A stretch of 62,669 nucleotides of DNA, counting the filler, from Scenedesmus sp. PABB004 (Eukaryota): NCBI GenBank assembly GCA_014905635.1. It is 5 parts of 5 records of this genome, joined end to end, with 100 filler letters (N's around TTAATTAATTAA, not from the genome) between each part and the next. Parts side by side here need not be neighbours in the genome. Positions count along the whole stretch, not along the records: positions 52,194 to 62,669 come from JABVCE010000073.1; 4 more parts are not named here. One strand, given 5' to 3'. This document shows, one piece after another, positions 57,724-62,669 of this stretch. Position numbers and translations under genes: made by a program. Position 1 is the first letter of the stretch; each line of letters starts with the position of its first letter. A model generated the notes under the pieces. That model saw nothing but the letters and a program-made list of their open reading frames with translations, ran no database searches and had not been told where the DNA came from.

Positions 57724-57738
57724 GATGGGCTCATGACC
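57724..57738 (-). promoter_or_regulatory. Primer-binding site complementary to the anticodon arm of initiator tRNA-Met (half-tRNA priming)
   Basis: GGTCATGAGCCCATC directly follows the 5' LTR and resembles the GGTTATGRGCCC PBS of copia/Ty5/Osser-type elements. Confidence 0.8.
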
Positions 57739-58092
57739 ACTTGGTCGGAGTAGGCGCGGTTGTTGCCGGCTAGAAGAGCGAGTCGACAACGGCGGACAGC
57801 GGCGGTTGGCCAACGAGAGAGCACGGAGACACGAGTGAAGGAGCAAAGGTTACATGTGCGTGGTGAAGAGACTCCTTAGGCAAACGGGGCGGGCGCACGG
57901 AGCTATATAGCCGAAACGGTATCGGTAATCGCAGCTTCTCGGCGGCTGCCGGTAGCTGCGCCGTAAGCAGCTTCCACCGCGGTTAGCACCTTCCACAAGA
58001 GCCCAACTAAGGCCCAAAGTTCCGAGTAGCTTCCTTTAGGCTCCATGCACGCAATGGGGTGAGTGTGCGGCCGAAAACACGCACTCTCATCA
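57739..58092 (-). repeat. 5' LTR (~354 bp) with TATA-like CTATATAG at 57903-57910
   Basis: Identical to the 3' LTR except for the last base next to the PBS. Confidence 0.95.
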
Positions 58093-61000
58093 CGCGGGCC
58101 GCGCGCCGCCCGCGCGCGCGCCGCTCGCCGGCGCCGCGGCGCGGCGCTGCCGTGCGCCGTTTCCCCTGCCCCGCCGCCCCTGCGGAGCGGAGGTGCGCGG
58201 CTCCAACATGCTGCCCGGCCGCGGGCTGCGCCGCCGAGGTCGGCCGCCGGCGGCCGCGCCGCGCCGCGGGCCGCGCGCCGCCCGCGCGCGCGCCGCTCGC
58301 CGGCGCCGCGGCGCGGCGCTGCCGTGCGCCGTTTCCCCTGCCCCGCCGCCCCTGCGGAGCGGAGGTGCGCGGCTCCAACATGCTGCCCGGCCGCGGGCTG
58401 CGCCGCCGAGGTCGGCCGCGGGCGGCCGCGCCGCGCCGCGGGCCGCGCGCCGCCCGCGCGCGCGCCGCTCGCCGGCGCCGCGGCGCGGCGCTGCCGTGCG
58501 CCGTTTCCCCTGCCCCGCCGCCCCTGCGGAGCGGAGGTGCGCGGCTCCAACATGCTGCCCGGCCACGGGCTGCGCCGCCGAGGTCGGCCGCCGGCGGCCG
58601 CGCCGCGCCGCGGGCGCGCGCCGCCCGCGCGCGCGCGCGCTCGCCGGCGCCGCGGCGCGGCGCTGCCGTGCGCCGTTTCCCCTGCCCCGCCGCCCCTGCG
58701 GAGCGGAGGTGCGCGGCTCCAACATGCTGCCCGGCCGCGGGCTGCGCCGCCGAGGTCGGCCGCGGGCGGCCGCGCCGCGCCGCGGGCCGCGCGCCGCCCG
58801 CGCGCGCGCCGCTCGCCGGCGCCGCGGCGCGGCGCTGCCGTGCGCCGTTTCCCCTGCCCCGCCGCCCCTGCGGAGCGGAGGTGCGCGGCTCCAACATGCT
58901 GCCCGGCCACGGGCTGCGCCGCCGAGGTCGGCCGCGGGCGGCCGCGCCGCGCCGCGGGCCGCGCGCCGCCCGCGCGCGCGCCGCTCGCCGGCGCCGCGGC
59001 GCGGCGCTGCCGTGCGCCGTTTCCCCTGCCCCGCCGCCCCTGCGGAGCGGAGGTGCGCGGCTCCAACATGCTGCCCGGCCGCGGGCTGCGCCGCCGAGGT
59101 CGGCCGCCGGCGGCCGCGCCGCGCCGCGGGCCGCGCGCCGCCCGCGCGCGCGCCGCTCGCCGGCGCCGCGGCGCGGCGCTGCCGTGCGCCGTTTCCCCTG
59201 CCCCGCCGCCCCTGCGGAGCGGAGGTGCGCGGCTCCAACATGCTGCCCGGCCGCGGCTGCGCCGCCGAGGTCGGCCGCCGGCGGCCGCGCCGCGCCGCGG
59301 GCCGCGCGCCGCCCGCGCGCGCGCCGCTCGCCGGCGCCGCGGCGCGGCGCTGCCGTGCGCCGTTTCCCCTGCCCCGCCGCCCCTGCGGAGCGGAGGTGCG
59401 CGGCTCCAACATGCTGCCCGGGCCGCGGGCTGCGCCGCCGAGGTCGGCCGCGGGCGGCCGCGCCGCGCCGCGGGCCGCGCGCCGCCCGCGCGCGCGCCGC
59501 TCGCCGGCGCCGCGGCGCGGCGCTGCCGTGCGCCGTTTCCCCTGCCCCGCCGCCCCTGCGGAGCGGAGGTGCGCGGCTCCAACATGCTGCCCGGCCGCGG
59601 GCTGCGCCGCCGAGGTCGGCCGCCGGCGGCCGCGCCGCGCCGCGGGCCGCGCGCCGCCCGCGCGCGCGCGCCGCTCGCCGGCGCCGCGGCGCGGCGCTGC
59701 CGTGCGCCGTTTCCCCTGCCCCGCCGCCCCTGCGGAGCGGAGGTGCGCGGCTCCAACATGCTGCCCGGCCGCGGGCTGCGCCGCCGAGGTCGGCCGCCGG
59801 CGGCCGCGCCGCGCCGCGGGCCGCGCGCCGCCCGCGCGCGCGCCGCTCGCCGGCGCCGCGGCGCGGCGCTGCCGTGCGCCGTTTCCCCTGCCCCGCCGCC
59901 CCTGCGGAGCGGAGGTGCGCGGCTCCAACATGCTGCCCGGCCACGGGCTGCGCCGCCGAGGTCGGCCGCCGGCGGCCGCGCCGCGCCGCGGCGCGGCGCG
60001 CCGCCCGCGCGCGCGCCGCTCGCCGGCGCCGCGGCGCGGCGCTGCCGTGCGCCGTTTCCCCTGCCCCGCCGCCCCTGCGGAGCGGAGGTGCGCGGCTCCA
60101 ACATGCTGCCCGGCCGCGGGCTGCGCCGCCGAGGTCGGCCGCCGGCGGCCGCGCCGCGCCGCGGGCCGCGCGCCGCCCGCGCGCGCGCCGCTCGCCGGCG
60201 CCGCGGCGCGGCGCTGCCGTGCGCCGTTTCCCCTGCCCCGCCGCCCCTGCGGAGCGGAGGTGCGCGGCTCCAACATGCTGCCCGGCCGCGGGCTGCGCCG
60301 CCGAGGTCGGCCGCCGGCGGCCGCGCCGCGCCGCGGGCCGCGCGCCGCCCGCCGCGCGCGCGCCGCTCGCCGGCGCCGCGGCGCGGCGCTGCCGTGCGCC
60401 GTTTCCCCTGCCCCGCCGCCCCTGCGGAGCGGAGGTGCGCGGCTCCAACATGCTGCCCGGCCGCGGGCTGCGCCGCCGAGGTCGGCCGCCGGCGGCCGCG
60501 CCGCGCCGCGGGCCGCGCGCCGCCCGCGCGCGCGCCGCTCGCCGGCGCCGCGGCGCGGCGCTGCCGTGCGCCGTTTCCCCTGCCCCGCCGCCCCTGCGGA
60601 GCGGAGGTGCGCGGCTCCAACATGCTGCCCGGCCGCGGGCTGCGCCGCCGAGGTCGGCCGCCGGCGGCCGCGCCGCGCCGCGGGCCGCGCGCCGCCCGCG
60701 CGCGCGCCGCTCGCCGGCGCCGCGGCGCGGCGCTGCCGTGCGCCGTTTCCCCTGCCCCGCCGCCCCTGCGGAGCGGAGGTGCGCGGCTCCAACATGCTGC
60801 CCGGCCGCGGGCTGCGCCGCCGAGGTCGGCCGCCGGCGGCCGCGCCGCGCCGCGGGCCGCGCGCCGCCCGCGCGCGCGCCGCTCGCCGGCGCCGCGGCGC
60901 GGCGCTGCCGTGCGCCGTTTCCCCTGCCCCGCCGCCCCTGCGGAGCGGAGGTGCGCGGCTCCAACATGCTGCCCGGCCGCGGGCTGCGCCGCCGAGGTCG

Positions 61001-62669
61001 GCCGCCGGCGGCCGCGCCGCGCCGCGGGCCGCGCGCCGCCCCGCGCGCGCCGCTCGCCGGCGCCGCGGCGCGGCGCTGCCGTGCGCCGTTTCCCCTGCCC
61101 CGCCGCCCCTGCGGAGCGGAGGTGCGCGGCTCCAACATGCTGCCCGGCCGCGGGCTGCGCCGCCGAGGTCGGCCGCCGGCGGCCGCGCCGCGCCGCGGGC
61201 CGCGCGCCGCCCGCGCGCGCGCCGCTCGCCGGCGCCGCGGCGCGGCGCTGCCGTGCGCCGTTTCCCCTGCCCCGCCGCCCCTGCGGAGCGGAGGTGCGCG
61301 GCTCCAACATGCTGCCCGGCCGCGGGCTGCGCCGCCGAGGTCGGCCGCCGGCGGCCGCGCCGCGCCGCGGGCCGCGCGCCGCCCGCGCGCGCGCGCGCTC
61401 GCCGGCGCCGCGGCGCGGCGCTGCCGTGCGCCGTTTCCCCTGCCCCGCCGCCCCTGCGGAGCGGAGGTGCGCGGCTCCAACATGCTGCCCGGCCGCGGGC
61501 TGCGCCGCCGAGGTCGGCCGCCGGCGGCCGCGCCGCGCCGCGGGCCGCGCGCCGCCCGCGCGCGCGCCGCTCGCCGGCGCCGCGGCGCGGCGCTGCCGTG
61601 CGCCGTTTCCCCTGCCCCGCCGCCCCTGCGGAGCGGAGGTGCGCGGCTCCAACATGCTGCCCGGCCGCGGGCTGCGCCGCCGAGGTCGGCCGCCGGCGGC
61701 CGCGCCGCGCCGCGGGCCGCGCGCCGCCCGCGCGCGCGCCGCTCGCCGGCGCCGCGGCGCGGCGCTGCCGTGCGCCGTTTCCCCTGCCCCGCCGCCCCTG
61801 CGGAGCGGAGGTGCGCGGCTCCAACATGCTGCCCGGCCGCGGGCTGCGCCGCCGAGGTCGGCCGCCGGCGGCCGCGCCGCGCCGCGGGCCGCGCGCCGCC
61901 CGCGCGCGCGCCGCTCGCCGGCGCCGCGGCGCGGCGCTGCCGTGCGCCGTTTCCCCTGCCCCGCCGCCCCTGCGGAGCGGAGGTGCGCGGCTCCAACATG
62001 CTGCCCGGCCGCGGGCTGCGCCGCCGAGGTCGGCCGCCGGCGGCCGCGCCGCGCCGCGGGCCGCGCGCCGCGCGCGCGCGCGCGCCGCTCGCCGGCGCCG
62101 CGGCGCGGCGCTGCCGTGCGCCGTTTCCCCTGCCCCGCCGCCCCTGCGGAGCGGAGGTGCGCGGCTCCAACATGCTGCCCGGCCGCGGGCTGCGCCGCCG
62201 AGGTCGGCCGCCGGCGGCCGCGCCGCGCCGCGGGCCGCGCGCCGCCCGCGCGCGCGCCGCTCGCCGGCGCCGCGGCGCGGCGCTGCCGTGCGCCGTTTCC
62301 CCTGCCCCGCCGCCCCTGCGGAGCGGAGGTGCGCGGCTCCAACATGCTGCCCGGCCGCGGGCTGCGCCGCCGAGGTCGGCCGCCGGCGGCCGCGCCGCGC
62401 CGCGGGCCGCGCGCCGCGCCGCGCGCGCGCCGCTCGCCGGCGCCGCGGCGCGGCGCTGCCGTGCGCCGTTTCCCCTGCCCCGCCGCCCCTGCGGAGCGGA
62501 GGTGCGCGGCTCCAACATGCTGCCCGGCCGCGGGCTGCGCCGCCGAGGTCGGCCGCGGGCGGCCGCGCCGCGCCGCGGGCCGCGCGCCGCCCGCGGCGCG
62601 CGCCCGCTCGCCGGCGCCGCGGCGCAGCGCTGCCGTGCGCCGTTTCCCCTGCCGCCGCCGCCCCTGCGG
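58093..62669 (+). repeat. 172-bp tandem satellite, ~26.6 copies, ~88% GC, runs off window end
   Basis: The CATG of CCAACATG recurs at 58207, 58379, 58551, 58723, 58895, 59067 and onward (period 172). There are 20 A/T bases per monomer, and monomers are nearly identical. Confidence 0.98.

Larger units (their letters stand above)
52291..58092 (-). mobile_element. Full-length Ty1/copia LTR retrotransposon with 5-bp TSD CGCGG
   Basis: Two identical LTRs (offset 5448 bp), an intact gag-pol, a PBS, a short purine tract, and the TSD at 52286-52290 and 58093-58097. Confidence 0.97.

Noticed and set aside
57597..57738. A tRNA-Met gene in the Copia leader
   Set aside because: Only two short tRNA-like segments, in the wrong order and ~110 bp apart, with no cloverleaf; better explained as primer-pairing sites.
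57903..62518. 1200-1500 aa ORFs across the satellite
   Set aside because: The monomer lacks minus-strand stops, so the ORFs are an artefact of repetitive Arg/Ala/Gly translation.
58093..62669. CRISPR array
   Set aside because: Whole monomers repeat without unique spacers, no cas genes are present, and the context is eukaryotic.

Overview
Extremely GC-rich eukaryotic nuclear DNA, most likely a chlorophyte green alga (TTTAGGG telomeres, short GC-rich spliceosomal introns, FLU- and SBP-family genes). The window is five unrelated contigs joined by artificial 100-bp linkers (44N-TTAATTAATTAA-44N). Contig 1 (1-14023) holds a DUR3 urea transporter, an SBP transcription factor, FLU and a ferric reductase. 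It also has an inverted ~750-bp duplication, an antisense DUR3 fragment inside a FLU intron, and telomere-like repeats positioned at intron ends. Contig 2 (14124-27742) has a telomere, a PGM-like phosphatase, a zinc-finger protein, a CELF-like RRM protein, an ABC1 kinase and a hypothetical gene. Contig 3 (27843-40691) has a telomere, two paralogous CBM+SPP-like HAD phosphatases flanking a subtilase that lacks its catalytic triad, and a DUF676 esterase. Contig 4 (40792-52093) has an AP2-like gene, ECM29 and an inverted copy of part of the AP2 gene that is cut mid-coding and capped by telomere. Contig 5 (52194-62669) has an intact, very recent Ty1/copia element inserted in a 172-bp, ~88% GC satellite. 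The element has identical LTRs, a CGCGG TSD, a half-tRNA PBS and duplicated covarying hairpins in its leader. Host genes carry many single-base frameshifts, probably consensus errors, so gene spans are approximate. All identifications are by eye, without database searches.
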